A stretch of 64,000 nt of DNA from Beijerinckiaceae bacterium. Lineage in GTDB: Bacteria; Pseudomonadota; Alphaproteobacteria; Rhizobiales; Beijerinckiaceae. This document shows, piece by piece, positions 38,810 through 50,054 of the stretch. Each line of letters opens with the position of its first letter. Position 1 is the stretch's first letter. Made by a program: the position numbers and the translations under genes. The notes under the pieces are model-generated. The model ran no database searches, was not told the origin of the DNA, and saw only the letters and a program-made list of their open reading frames with translations. The stretch spans positions 135,928 to 199,927 of the forward strand of contig JAPZUD010000007.1 in NCBI GenBank assembly GCA_027533425.1, read 5' to 3'.

Positions 38810-39352
38810 ATGCCGGGAAGCGGGCGGCTGAAAAAGGCAGATTGGCTGGATCTCGGACTCGCCCTGCTGGCCGAATCGGGGCCGGATGCCCTGACGATCG
38901 AGACCGCCTGCCAGAAGGCCGGGCGCTCCAAGGGCTCCTTCTACCACCATTTCGAGACGATCGACGCCTATCTCCTCGCCATGGCCGAGGCCTGGCGCGA
39001 ACGGCATACCGAGGCCGTGATGCGGCAGGTCGAGAAGGCCGGCACGGCGGAAGAGAAACTCGAAGCTCTCAACATCGCGACAAGCCTGCTCGACCAGCGG
39101 ATCGATCAGGCCATGCGCAGCCTCGCAACCCGGCATCCTGGCATCGCCGGGATCTGCGCCTGGGTTGACCGGCACCGCACCGGGTTCCTCGCCCGCCTTC
39201 ACGAGGCAGCCGGCCTCCCGCCGGAAACGGCGCGCGTGCTGGCCCGGATCGAATATGCAGCCTTTCTCGGGCTGTCGATCCTGGAGCCGGCCTCGACCCC
39301 CACGGAACGGCAGGCACTCTACCGGCACTTCCTTGCGCTGCTGAAGCGCTGA
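38810..39352 (+). CDS. TetR/AcrR-family regulator
   Basis: DWLDLGLALLAESGPDALTIETACQKAGRSKGSFYHHF. Confidence 0.9.
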   Translation: MPGSGRLKKADWLDLGLALLAESGPDALTIETACQKAGRSKGSFYHHFETIDAYLLAMAEAWRERHTEAVMRQVEKAGTAEEKLEALNIATSLLDQRIDQAMRSLATRHPGIAGICAWVDRHRTGFLARLHEAAGLPPETARVLARIEYAAFLGLSILEPASTPTERQALYRHFLALLKR

Positions 39353-39355
39353 GCC

Positions 39356-39745
39356 TCAGACCACCGGCACCGGCCGGGGCCGGCCTTCCTCGTCGATCGC
39401 CACGAAGGTGAAGGTTGCATCCGTCACCTTCTCGCGTTGATGCGTGATGAAACGCTCGGCCCAGGCCTCGATATGGATCTTCATCGAGGTCCGGCCGATC
39501 TTCTCGACCTCGGTATAGACGCAGAGCACGTCGCCCACCTTGACCGGCCGGATGAAGGTCATCGCATCCACCGCCACGGTGACCACGCGTCCGCGCGACC
39601 GGCCGACGCCACAAATGCCGCCGGCCTGGTCCATCCGGCTCATCACCCAGCCGCCGAAAATATCGCCATTGGCGTTGGTATCCGCCGGCATCGCGATGGT
39701 CCGGACAGTCAACTCGCCGCGCGGCGTTTCCGTGGGTTCAGCCAT
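39356..39745 (-). CDS. Acyl-CoA thioesterase (hotdog, YciA-like)
   Basis: AMPADTNANGDIFGGWVMSRMDQAG; VTVAVD. Confidence 0.92.
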   Translation of the reverse strand: MAEPTETPRGELTVRTIAMPADTNANGDIFGGWVMSRMDQAGGICGVGRSRGRVVTVAVDAMTFIRPVKVGDVLCVYTEVEKIGRTSMKIHIEAWAERFITHQREKVTDATFTFVAIDEEGRPRPVPVV

Positions 39746-40763
39746 GTCCGAGTTCCTCGCAGACCATCCGCGCCCCGCGCGACAGGGCCGCCAGCTTGCC
39801 ATAGGCCACCGCGAAAGACATCGGCGCCATGCCGCAATTCGTGCAGGGGAAGAGCTTCTCCGGTGCCACGAATTTCATCGCCTGCCGGATCGTCTCCGCC
39901 ACCTGTTCCGGCGTTTCCACCGTGTCGGACGCCACGTCGATGCAGCCGACCAGCACATCCTTGCCATCGAGCAGGCGGATCAGGTCCATCGGCACGCGGG
40001 AATTGCGGCATTCGAGGCTGACCTGGTCGATCTTCGACCGCGCGATGACCGGGAAGGTCTCCTCGTAATGCCGCCACTGGTCGCCCAGGCCGGCCTTCCA
40101 GTCGATATTGGCCTTGATGCCGTAGCCGTAGCAGATATGGACCGCCGTGGTGCAGGTCAGGCCCTGCGCCGCCCGCTCCAGCGCCGCCATGCCCCATTCC
40201 GCCACCTGCGGCATGTAGACATTCCAGGCCGGCTCGTCGAACTGGATCACATCGACCCCGAGCGCCTGCAATTCGAGGGCTTCCTCGTTCAGCACGGCGG
40301 CGAAGGCCATGGCGAGATCCTCGCGGCGGCCATAATGCACATCGGCAATCGTATCGACGATGGTCATCGGCCCCGGCAGCGTGAATTTCAGCCCGCCCCT
40401 GCGATGGGCCCGCGCGGCCATCGCCTCGGCCCGATGAACCGGGGCCTTCCGCCGGATCGGGCCGACAACCGTGGGCACCTCCGCGTTGTAGCGGTTGTTG
40501 CGGATGCCCATAACGGTCTTCCGGTTGAAATCGATCCCGTCGAGATTGGCGAGGAATCCGTGCACGAAATGGACACGCGCCTGCTCGCCATCGCCCACGA
40601 TATCGATCCCGGCATCCTCCTGCAGCTTCACCGCGAGGATGGTGGCATCGAGCTTGCCCTGCTCGAGCATGGCGCCCTCGAGCCGCCAGGGCGCCCAGAG
40701 CTTCTCCGGCTCGGCAAGCCAGCCCGGCTTCGGCAGCGAGCCGGCAATCGTGGTCTTCAGCAT
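39738..40763 (-). CDS. Short cobalamin-independent methionine synthase (core MetE, MesD-like)
   Basis: TTIAGSLPKPGWLAEPEKLWAPW; DGEQ; LPGPMTIVD; IQFDEPA; VHICYGYG (Zn HxC); TNCGM. Confidence 0.88.
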   Translation of the reverse strand: MLKTTIAGSLPKPGWLAEPEKLWAPWRLEGAMLEQGKLDATILAVKLQEDAGIDIVGDGEQARVHFVHGFLANLDGIDFNRKTVMGIRNNRYNAEVPTVVGPIRRKAPVHRAEAMAARAHRRGGLKFTLPGPMTIVDTIADVHYGRREDLAMAFAAVLNEEALELQALGVDVIQFDEPAWNVYMPQVAEWGMAALERAAQGLTCTTAVHICYGYGIKANIDWKAGLGDQWRHYEETFPVIARSKIDQVSLECRNSRVPMDLIRLLDGKDVLVGCIDVASDTVETPEQVAETIRQAMKFVAPEKLFPCTNCGMAPMSFAVAYGKLAALSRGARMVCEELGHG

Positions 40764-40824
40764 CTTGTTCCCCCGGATGGCGTCAAGCGGCCAGACCTGT
40801 CGCGCCGCGAGGCATCCGTCAAGG

Positions 40825-41211
40825 TCAGGCCGGCGGCCGGCGCACGATTCCATCCTTGATGAAGACCCGGAACGGCGTTGTTCCCTGCGCCGAACCATCC
40901 TTCGCCCGCCAGCGACCCTCGGTGCAGAGGATGCCGCCCGCCACCGGAATGGCGGTAAACTCGGCCTCGTTGAGGAAGGTGCCACCCTGCGGCCCCGGGA
41001 TGATGACCGTGAAATCGGTCGTGCATTTGCCACCCGTGACAACCGGCTGATAGCGGTCGATCATCACCCCGCCGCCGCCCGTGCTTTCGAACGGATTGGT
41101 CAGGACTGGCCAGCTCTCGTAGGCTTCCGAGGCGGAAACGGCCTTGCCGACCATCGTCACGAGGATGACGCCGAGCGCGAGGACGGAACCGGCATAGATC
41201 AGACGAAACAT
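40825..41211 (-). CDS. Hypothetical exported protein (128 aa)
   Basis: MFRLIYAGSVLALGVILVTMVGKAVSA leader; two Cys; RBS CAGGAGG upstream. Confidence 0.7.
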   Translation of the reverse strand: MFRLIYAGSVLALGVILVTMVGKAVSASEAYESWPVLTNPFESTGGGGVMIDRYQPVVTGGKCTTDFTVIIPGPQGGTFLNEAEFTAIPVAGGILCTEGRWRAKDGSAQGTTPFRVFIKDGIVRRPPA

Positions 41212-41267
41212 GAAAACCTCCTGTTGTTTCTCCGGAAACACGCGAGGAGGGCAATCGGATGCATCGA

Positions 41268-42512
41268 TCAGGCGGCAGCCATCCGCAGGGCAGCCCGCTG
41301 CCGCCAGATCAGGTAGCCGACGACGAGAAGGTTGACGGCATTCCACGCAACGCCGTTGAGGAAGGCGAGCCGGTAGGATTGCGTCCAGTCGAAGATAACG
41401 CCGGAAATGTAGCCCCCGAAGGCCATGCCGAAAATCGTGGCCGAGACCACGAAGCCGATCCGCGCACCAGCCTCGCGCGGCGGCAGGAATTCGCGGCAGA
41501 TCACGGCATACATCGGCACGATGCCGCCCTGGAACAGGCCGAAAATCCCGGAAATGATGTAGAGCGAGGACAGCCCGTTGAAGAACAGGTAGAGCAGCAG
41601 CGCCGTGCCCTGCATGATCGACCCGATCAGCAAGGTGGCCGCGCCGCCGATCCGGTCGGAGACGATCCCGGAGCCGATCCGGCTGATGATGCCGAGGAAC
41701 AGCATGAGCGAGAGCATCTCCGCCCCGCGCGCCGCGCCATAGCCGAGATCCCCGCAATAGGCGACGAGATGGACCTGCGGCATCGACATGGCGACACAGC
41801 AGGCAAAGCCGGCCACGATCAGCAGGGCCTGCAGCATGCGGGGCGACATGCCGAGATCGGCCCGCGCGACCTCGGTCGCCGTTTCGGCTGCGGCATAGAC
41901 CTTCTGGGCCGGGCGGCGCTTGAACAGGAAAGCCAGCGGAATCACCGTCAACCCGACCAGGATGCCGATGACGATATAGGTGTTGCGCCAGCCGATTTCC
42001 GGCATCGCATAGCGGATGAAAAGCGGCCAGACCGTTCCGGCAAGATAATTCCCGCTGGCGACGACCACCACCGCGAAGCCGCGTCGCTTCACGAACCAAT
42101 GCGAGATATCGGCGATCATCGGCGCGAAGCCGGTGCCCGCCCCCACGCCCACAAGCAGCCCGTGCAGCAGCGTGAACAGCGTGAGATTCGGCGCAAGCCC
42201 GCCTAGGATGAACCCGGTGGCGAGGCAGCCCCCGGCAATCAGGATCGGCGGCACAATGCCGGTCCGGTCCGACATGCGGCCGAGCACGATTGTGCCGAAG
42301 GCAAAACCGAACATCGTGAAGGTATAGGGCAGCGAGGCAGCGCTGCGATCGACACCGAATTCCGCCTGGACCTGCGGCAGCACGACAACGATGGCCCACA
42401 TGCCGACGCCGGCAATCGTGGCGACAAGCAGGGCCAGCCAGAGCCGTACCATCGCATAGGCCCCATCGGGAGCGAAACGGTCGGAGGCAGGGGGGCTGGC
42501 GGAGGAATCCAT
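41268..42512 (-). CDS. MFS transporter
   Basis: About 12 TM; GRMSDRTG and GIVSDRIG motif A repeats. Confidence 0.9.
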   Translation of the reverse strand: MDSSASPPASDRFAPDGAYAMVRLWLALLVATIAGVGMWAIVVVLPQVQAEFGVDRSAASLPYTFTMFGFAFGTIVLGRMSDRTGIVPPILIAGGCLATGFILGGLAPNLTLFTLLHGLLVGVGAGTGFAPMIADISHWFVKRRGFAVVVVASGNYLAGTVWPLFIRYAMPEIGWRNTYIVIGILVGLTVIPLAFLFKRRPAQKVYAAAETATEVARADLGMSPRMLQALLIVAGFACCVAMSMPQVHLVAYCGDLGYGAARGAEMLSLMLFLGIISRIGSGIVSDRIGGAATLLIGSIMQGTALLLYLFFNGLSSLYIISGIFGLFQGGIVPMYAVICREFLPPREAGARIGFVVSATIFGMAFGGYISGVIFDWTQSYRLAFLNGVAWNAVNLLVVGYLIWRQRAALRMAAA

Positions 42513-42631
42513 GATGGCGAAAGCCTGCGCCCGCGAGAGGCCGGAAGTCAAATGCCGAAATGTGATCCACCCATTTCTTCCGGTGATCGGGCCCGCCCTC
42601 GGCGATTGCCTCGCCGCCCCGAATTGCCCAT

Positions 42632-43279
42632 ATGTCGCCTATGGCTTGGGATTCCGACGACCCCTCCAAGAAGCGGGGCTATCACCACGGCAACCTGCGC
42701 GAGGCGCTGATCGACGCCGCGCTCCGCCTGATCGGCGAGAAAGGGCCCGGCGGCTTCACCGTCGCCGAGGCCGCGCGGGCGGCCGGCGTCTCGCCCGCCG
42801 CGCCCTATCGCCATTTCCGCGATCGCGACGAGTTGCTCGCCGATGTCGCCAAGCGCGGCTTCGAGGCGTTCACGGCCCGGCTGCAGGCGGCCTGGCAGAG
42901 CGGACAGCCCAACCCGCGCGATGCGCTCATGCGCGTCGGCCATGCCTATCTCGCCTTCGCGCGGCAGCAGCCGGCCGCCTATTCGGCGATGTTCGAATCC
43001 GGCCTGCCCATGGCCAGCCATCCGGAACTCCATGCCGCCGGCGAGGCCGCCTTCGCCATCCTGCGCGAGGGCTGCGAGGCGGTTCTGGCCACGCTGCCGG
43101 CGGAACGGCGCCCGCCCGCCCTGATGGTTGCGCTGCATGTCTGGTCGATGTCGCATGGGGTGGCGAGCCTCTTCGCCCGGGGCGATGCCGCCCGGCGGCC
43201 GGTGCCGATGTCGCCGGAGGACCTGCTCGAGGCCGGCGTGCTCGTCTATTTCGACGGGCTGCGGAGCGGCCAGGCCTGA
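42632..43279 (+). CDS. TetR/AcrR-family regulator
   Basis: YHHGNLREALIDAA...FTVAEAARAAGVSPAAPYRHF; WSMSHGVASL. Confidence 0.92.
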   Translation: MSPMAWDSDDPSKKRGYHHGNLREALIDAALRLIGEKGPGGFTVAEAARAAGVSPAAPYRHFRDRDELLADVAKRGFEAFTARLQAAWQSGQPNPRDALMRVGHAYLAFARQQPAAYSAMFESGLPMASHPELHAAGEAAFAILREGCEAVLATLPAERRPPALMVALHVWSMSHGVASLFARGDAARRPVPMSPEDLLEAGVLVYFDGLRSGQA

Positions 43280-43344
43280 CCGGTCGAACCTTTCCAACTT
43301 GTCATGATTGCCCCTCTTGACGAAACGCCCCGCCAATCGCATTT

Positions 43345-43370
43345 ATGTAAATGTGATTTACATTCACATT
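43345..43370. promoter_or_regulatory. Two interlocked palindromes upstream of DUF2852 (probable TetR operator)
   Basis: ATGTAAAT-GTG-ATTTACAT (43345-43363) overlapping AATGTGA-N7-TCACATT (43350-43370). Confidence 0.65.
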
Positions 43371-43382
43371 GAGGAGAGACGG

Positions 43383-43847
43383 ATGTCTGGAATGGTGGCG
43401 CGCCTGGATGATTGGGGCAAACCGGCATGGATTGCCGCGATGATCGCCGGCTTCGTGCTGTTCTGGCCCATCGGGCTCCTGATTTTGGGCTACATGATCT
43501 GGAGTGGTCGCATGGGTTGCAACAGCCAATGGGGCGCTTGGGGCGAGGATCGCCGCACGCGCTGGGAACGCAAGATGGAACGGATGCGCGAGAAGATGGA
43601 CCGCTGGTCGGCCTATCGCGACAGCGCGGCGGGTGCGGGCTTCCGCCCGACCGGCAACCGGGCCTTTGACGAATACCGGTCGGAGACGATCCGCCGACTG
43701 GAAGAGGAAGCGACGCAGTTCCGCGACTATCTCGAGCGGCTGCGCCACGCCAAGGACAAGGCCGAGTTCGACCGCTTCATGGAAGAACGCCGGAACCGCA
43801 AGCCGGCAGAGGAACCCGAGGATCCCGGCCAGCGCCCGGCGGCCTGA
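43383..43847 (+). CDS. DUF2852-family protein
   Basis: WIAAMIAGFVLFWPIGLLILGYMIWSGRM; TGNRAFDEYR.ETIRRLEEE; AKDKAEFDRFM. Confidence 0.88.
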   Translation: MSGMVARLDDWGKPAWIAAMIAGFVLFWPIGLLILGYMIWSGRMGCNSQWGAWGEDRRTRWERKMERMREKMDRWSAYRDSAAGAGFRPTGNRAFDEYRSETIRRLEEEATQFRDYLERLRHAKDKAEFDRFMEERRNRKPAEEPEDPGQRPAA

Positions 43848-43869
43848 GCATCCGCCCCGGAAACACCAC

Positions 43870-43897
43870 CCCGGCAGGCCCCGCCTGCCGGGTTTTT
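43870..43897 (+). terminator. Intrinsic terminator
   Basis: CCCGGCAGGC-CCC-GCCTGCCGGG-TTTTT. Confidence 0.85.
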
Positions 43898-43899
43898 GC

Positions 43900-44433
43900 T
43901 TACAGGGCCTTGCCCGCCGCACCGTCGAGCCGCGCCTCCAGCCGCTGCAGCGCATCGGCGAGCTGGTCGATCCGCGCCCGGTCCAGCCGCTCGTGCAGGG
44001 CCATGATCTCCAGTTCGGCCTTGAGATTGACCTCGTAATCATGGAGCGCCTGAAGCCGGTCACGCGCGGCCTGGCGGTTCTGGCTCATCATGATGATCGG
44101 CGCCTGGATCGCGGCCAGCGTCGAGAGCACGAGATTGAGCAGGATGAATGGATAGGGGTCGAAGGCCTTCGCCGCGAGGGCGATATTGGCGCCGATCCAG
44201 AGCAGCATCACCAGGGCAAAGCCGATAATGAAGGGCCAGGAGCCACCCCAATAAGCCACCTTGTCCGCCACGCGCTGGCCGAAGGTCAGGCTGTCCTCGT
44301 AATCCGCGCTCCAGTTCTTTGTCGCCGCCAGCCGCCGCGCGATATGCTCCAGCACGCGCCGGTCGCGCGCGGGCAGATCCTCCGCCCCTTCGGCGATCAG
44401 GCGCTCGGCCAGCTGGCGGATTGCGGCGGACAT
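43900..44433 (-). CDS. DUF1003-family membrane protein
   Basis: TFGQRVADKVA.WGGSW.FI; FDPYPFILLNL.LS.LAAIQAPIIMMSQNRQ. Confidence 0.9.
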   Translation of the reverse strand: MSAAIRQLAERLIAEGAEDLPARDRRVLEHIARRLAATKNWSADYEDSLTFGQRVADKVAYWGGSWPFIIGFALVMLLWIGANIALAAKAFDPYPFILLNLVLSTLAAIQAPIIMMSQNRQAARDRLQALHDYEVNLKAELEIMALHERLDRARIDQLADALQRLEARLDGAAGKAL

Positions 44434-44436
44434 GGT

Positions 44437-45048
44437 TCAGCGTTCCTGCACGGCGAGCCGCGCACCGAGCAGCACGAAGGCAGCCACGAAGCTCCGGCGC
44501 AGCCAGGCCATCACGGCCGGCCGGCTGATGACATGGTCGCGCATCGCTGCCGCGAACAGGCCATAGAGCGCGAAGACCACGAAGGTCATTGCCATGAAGA
44601 TACCGCTCAGCAGCAGCATCTCCACCATCGGGCTGGCGGCATTGCGGTCCATGAATTGCGGCAGGAACGCCACGAAGAAGATCGAGAGCTTCGGATTGAG
44701 CAGGTTGAGCGCGATCCCGTCGACCAGAACTCGAAGGGTCGAGCGCGGCGTCGGATCGGCATCGACGCGCATCGCGCCCTTTTCCTGAAGGGTCTGCCAC
44801 GCCATCCAGAGCAGATACGCCACGCCGGCATATTTCACGAGGTCGAACAGCAGCGCCGAGGCATGGAGCAGGGCCGTCAGCCCCGTCATCGCCGCGGCGA
44901 GATGCGGGAGGATGCCGAGCGTGCAGGCAAAGGCCGCGACCACGCTCGCCTTCCCGCCCCGCCCGAGCCCGGTGGCGATGCTGTAGACCGCGCCCGTGCC
45001 CGGCGAGGCCACGACGATGAAGGTGGTGATCCAGAATTCGAGGGTCAT
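44437..45048 (-). CDS. LysE/RhtB-family translocator
   Basis: ASPGTG; KYAGVAYLLWMAW; NLLNPKLSIFF.AFLPQF. Confidence 0.9.
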   Translation of the reverse strand: MTLEFWITTFIVVASPGTGAVYSIATGLGRGGKASVVAAFACTLGILPHLAAAMTGLTALLHASALLFDLVKYAGVAYLLWMAWQTLQEKGAMRVDADPTPRSTLRVLVDGIALNLLNPKLSIFFVAFLPQFMDRNAASPMVEMLLLSGIFMAMTFVVFALYGLFAAAMRDHVISRPAVMAWLRRSFVAAFVLLGARLAVQER

Positions 45049-45123
45049 GGCAGTTCCTGATCGGGAAGGTTCGCGATCAGGGTTTCATGCTCCGCCTCGA
45101 TTGTCGAGGAGATCGGGCTGAGC

Positions 45124-45315
45124 CTAGATCCCGTCGAGGACGCCGCCGAGAATCGAACCGGCGAGATCGAGGCCAGCGGCACAGACTTCGCCGACCGCAT
45201 CGCCCACAGCGTGGCCGAGAATGTCGATCTTCGAGCCCGGTTGTCCGTTCTGGCCCGATTCCTCCTCATCAGAGTCAACGAGTTCCGGAGCCGGCGGCTG
45301 GTCCTGATCGGTCAT
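45124..45315 (-). CDS. Small acidic hypothetical protein (63 aa)
   Basis: Strong RBS GAAGGAGAATATC before the ATG; fills the gap between the rpoD terminator and lysE. Confidence 0.55.
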   Translation of the reverse strand: MTDQDQPPAPELVDSDEEESGQNGQPGSKIDILGHAVGDAVGEVCAAGLDLAGSILGGVLDGI

Positions 45316-45343
45316 GATATTCTCCTTCGGCCTGGATAACCGC

Positions 45344-45377
45344 AAACAAAAAGGGCGGGTTTGCGGCCCGCCCTTGT
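45344..45377 (-). terminator. Intrinsic terminator of rpoD
   Basis: Minus strand AAGGGCGGG-CCGCAAA-CCCGCCCTT-TTTGTTT. Confidence 0.8.
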
Positions 45378-45403
45378 CGATTGGATGTCCGGGATGCGCC
45401 GGA

Positions 45404-47413
<2,010 letters not shown>

Positions 47414-47587
47414 TCCGTCAGGTCCTGAAGCCTCGGGGTAACACGACCCCTACCAGAGCCGACTCCGCCAACGTTCTGTCGTTAACGCGAAGCCGCTTAA
47501 TGATCTATTATCCACGCTGGGCTGCACGCCCCGCTTGCTGGCCCGGACACCGCCATGCCGGGCGCGGACCGCCTCTTAATCTGTCGT

Positions 47588-49447
47588 CTATTCCGTTTCG
47601 AGCAAAGCCTCCCGACGCTGGACAAGCGCCTTGAGCCTCTCGAACCTCTCCTCGCCCCCGTTAACAGCAAAATCAAGAGAAACCGAGTCAATTTCGCTAT
47701 GTAGGAAGGATTGCCGCGCATGCAAGTGGGCAGCCTCGCGCCAGGCCGCCGTGACATGGTCGATTGCAGCCCCCGGGCCGGCCCAGGTTTCCACTGCAGC
47801 GGCCTCCTCGAGCTGCCGGATCGCCGGCGCCAGCCCCTTCCCGGCAAGGGCAAGCTCCAGCGATTCGCGGGTCTCCGCCCCGGTTCCACCCCGGGCAGCG
47901 AGATCTAGCAACCCGGCACGGATCTGCCGCGCGACCGCGCTGTCGAACAGCAATTCGGCAAAAGTCTCCGCCTCCTGTTCGATCAGGCCGGGGTGATGAA
48001 CCATCGCCAGAACGAGCGCCGCCTCGCGGGCAAGAATTCCGGTCTGGTTCCGGAAAAGCGGGCTGCGCCGCAGCAACTCGCTCGCCACCAGCGGCATCTG
48101 AACGCCGGAATCGCCTTGTCCGAAACGCCCGCGGCCGCGCGGCGCGGAACGGCCGGCGGCCCGCATGTCCTGCCGCTGCGGCTGGAACCGGGCCTGCAGC
48201 CGTTCGCGCATGGCCTGCCGGTAATGGCGCTTGAGATCCTCGTCGCCGATCTGCGCCACCGCGCCGAACAGCCTTTTCTCGCAATCCGCCCGTTGCTCGG
48301 GCGTTTCGAGCGGCGAGCGCGCCACTTCGCGCTCGAACAGCACATCGACCAGCGGGCGCGGTTTCTCGAGTGCCTGCCGCAGGGCCTCCGGGCCGCGGCT
48401 GCGCAGCAGATCATCCGGGTCCTGTCCCTCCGGCAGGAAGCAGAAGCGCAGCGACTTGCCGGGTGCAAGGCCAGGCAGGGCCACGTCGATCGCCCGGTAG
48501 GCCGCGCGCAGGCCAGCCTTGTCGCCGTCAAAGCACAGCACAGGTTCCGGCACGAGCCGCCAGATCATCGCCAGCTGGTCCTCGGTCAGCGCCGTCCCGA
48601 GCGGCGCGACAACATGGCCGATTCCGGCCCGGTCGAGCGCGATCGCATCGACATAGCCCTCGACGACGAACAGCGTTCCCGCGTCATGGGCGGGCTTGCG
48701 CGCCTTGTCGAGATTGTAGAGCGTCCCGCCCTTGTGGAAGATCGGGGTCTCGGGCGAGTTCAGGTATTTCGCCTGCGCATCCTTCTGGAGCGCGCGGCCG
48801 CCAAAGGCGATGATCCGCCCGCGCGGATCGGCGATCGGGAACATCACCCGGTCGCGGAAGCGGTCATAGGCCACCGCCTCCCCATCGAGCTGGATGAGGA
48901 GGCCCGCCTCGACCATCACCTCGGAGGGCACGTCCTTCCCGGCGAGATAATCGCGCAGGCCATAGCGGTCGGGCGGCGCATAGCCGATGCCGAACCGTTC
49001 GGCCACCGGACCGACCAGGCCCCGCCCGGTACAATAGTCGCGCGCCTCGCGCCCCTTCGGTCCGCGCAATTGCTCGCGGAAATATGCCGCGGCGAGCGCC
49101 ATCACTTCGTGCAGGCCGGCGCGCTTGCGTTCGCGCTGCTCCGTCTCCGCCGTCGCGACCGGCAGCACGACCCCGGCTTCGGAGGCAAGCCGTTCCACCG
49201 CCTCCCCGAAGGACAGCCCTTCCGCCTCCATCAGGAAGGTGAAGATGTCGCCGTTGCGCCCGGAGGAAAAATCGAACCAGGCCTGTTTCTGGTCATTGAC
49301 GAAGAAGGAGGGCGTGCGCTCGGCATTGAAGGGCGAGAGCCCCTTCCATTCGCGGCCCGCCTTCTGCAATTTCACGCGCCGGCCCACCACCGCCGAAACC
49401 GGCAGCCGGGACTTGATGTCCTCCAGGATCGAGGGCGGATAGCGCAT
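47588..49447 (-). CDS. dnaG: DNA primase
   Basis: Alphaproteobacterial zinc-finger variant (GLSPFNAERTPSF); DRFRDRVMFPI; KYLNSPET; VEGYVD; FDGDKAG; DPDD. Confidence 0.95.
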   Translation of the reverse strand: MRYPPSILEDIKSRLPVSAVVGRRVKLQKAGREWKGLSPFNAERTPSFFVNDQKQAWFDFSSGRNGDIFTFLMEAEGLSFGEAVERLASEAGVVLPVATAETEQRERKRAGLHEVMALAAAYFREQLRGPKGREARDYCTGRGLVGPVAERFGIGYAPPDRYGLRDYLAGKDVPSEVMVEAGLLIQLDGEAVAYDRFRDRVMFPIADPRGRIIAFGGRALQKDAQAKYLNSPETPIFHKGGTLYNLDKARKPAHDAGTLFVVEGYVDAIALDRAGIGHVVAPLGTALTEDQLAMIWRLVPEPVLCFDGDKAGLRAAYRAIDVALPGLAPGKSLRFCFLPEGQDPDDLLRSRGPEALRQALEKPRPLVDVLFEREVARSPLETPEQRADCEKRLFGAVAQIGDEDLKRHYRQAMRERLQARFQPQRQDMRAAGRSAPRGRGRFGQGDSGVQMPLVASELLRRSPLFRNQTGILAREAALVLAMVHHPGLIEQEAETFAELLFDSAVARQIRAGLLDLAARGGTGAETRESLELALAGKGLAPAIRQLEEAAAVETWAGPGAAIDHVTAAWREAAHLHARQSFLHSEIDSVSLDFAVNGGEERFERLKALVQRREALLETE

Positions 49448-49598
49448 GAAACGACACTGCCTCCCTCGTCTGTGTCAGCAACAGATGGATGCATAATCCC
49501 CGTTATCCACAGGGTCCCCGCGATCGGCAGGGAAAGGCCGCTTCCATCACGACACGGCCTAACCCTCTGAAAAATATGCGATTACAAAAACTGTCAGA

Positions 49599-50054
49599 TC
49601 AGCTTGACAGCGCCGCCTTCACGAGACCGCTTGCCTTGCCGAAATCCATCTGGCCGGTGAAGCGCTCCTTCAGATTCGCAATGACCTTGCCCATATCCTT
49701 CATGCCCGCAGCGCCCGTTTCGGCGATGGCGGCAGCGATCGCCGCCTTCGTCTCGGCCTCGTCGAGCTGCTTCGGCAGGAAGCTCTGGATGACGGCGATC
49801 TCGCCTTCCTCGGTCTCGGCGAGTTCAGGGCGGTTGTTCTCCCGGTAGATCGCCGCCGATTCCTGCCGCTGCTTGATCATCTTCTGGAGCAGGGACAGGA
49901 TCTCGTCATCGGTCGCCTGCGTCTTCCCGGCGCCGCGGGCCTCGATATCCTTGTCCTTGATGGCGGCCTGGATCAGCCGCACCGCCGCGAGCCGCGCCTT
50001 GTCGCCGGCCTTCATCGATTCCTTGAGGGCGGTGGTGAAAAGATCGCGCATCAT
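49599..50054 (-). CDS. GatB/YqeY domain protein
   Basis: LKESMKAGDK.RL..VRLI.AAIK; KMIKQRQESA..Y; KDMGKVI; GQMDFGKAS. Confidence 0.92.
   Translation of the reverse strand: MMRDLFTTALKESMKAGDKARLAAVRLIQAAIKDKDIEARGAGKTQATDDEILSLLQKMIKQRQESAAIYRENNRPELAETEEGEIAVIQSFLPKQLDEAETKAAIAAAIAETGAAGMKDMGKVIANLKERFTGQMDFGKASGLVKAALSS

Noticed and set aside
40764-40825. Cobalamin or SAM riboswitch ahead of the methionine synthase
   Set aside because: Only ~60 bp of intergenic space and no recognisable riboswitch core.
47482-47500. Canonical CtrA box upstream of rpoD
   Set aside because: Spacing is TTAA-N11-TTAA rather than N7; kept only as an unexplained motif.
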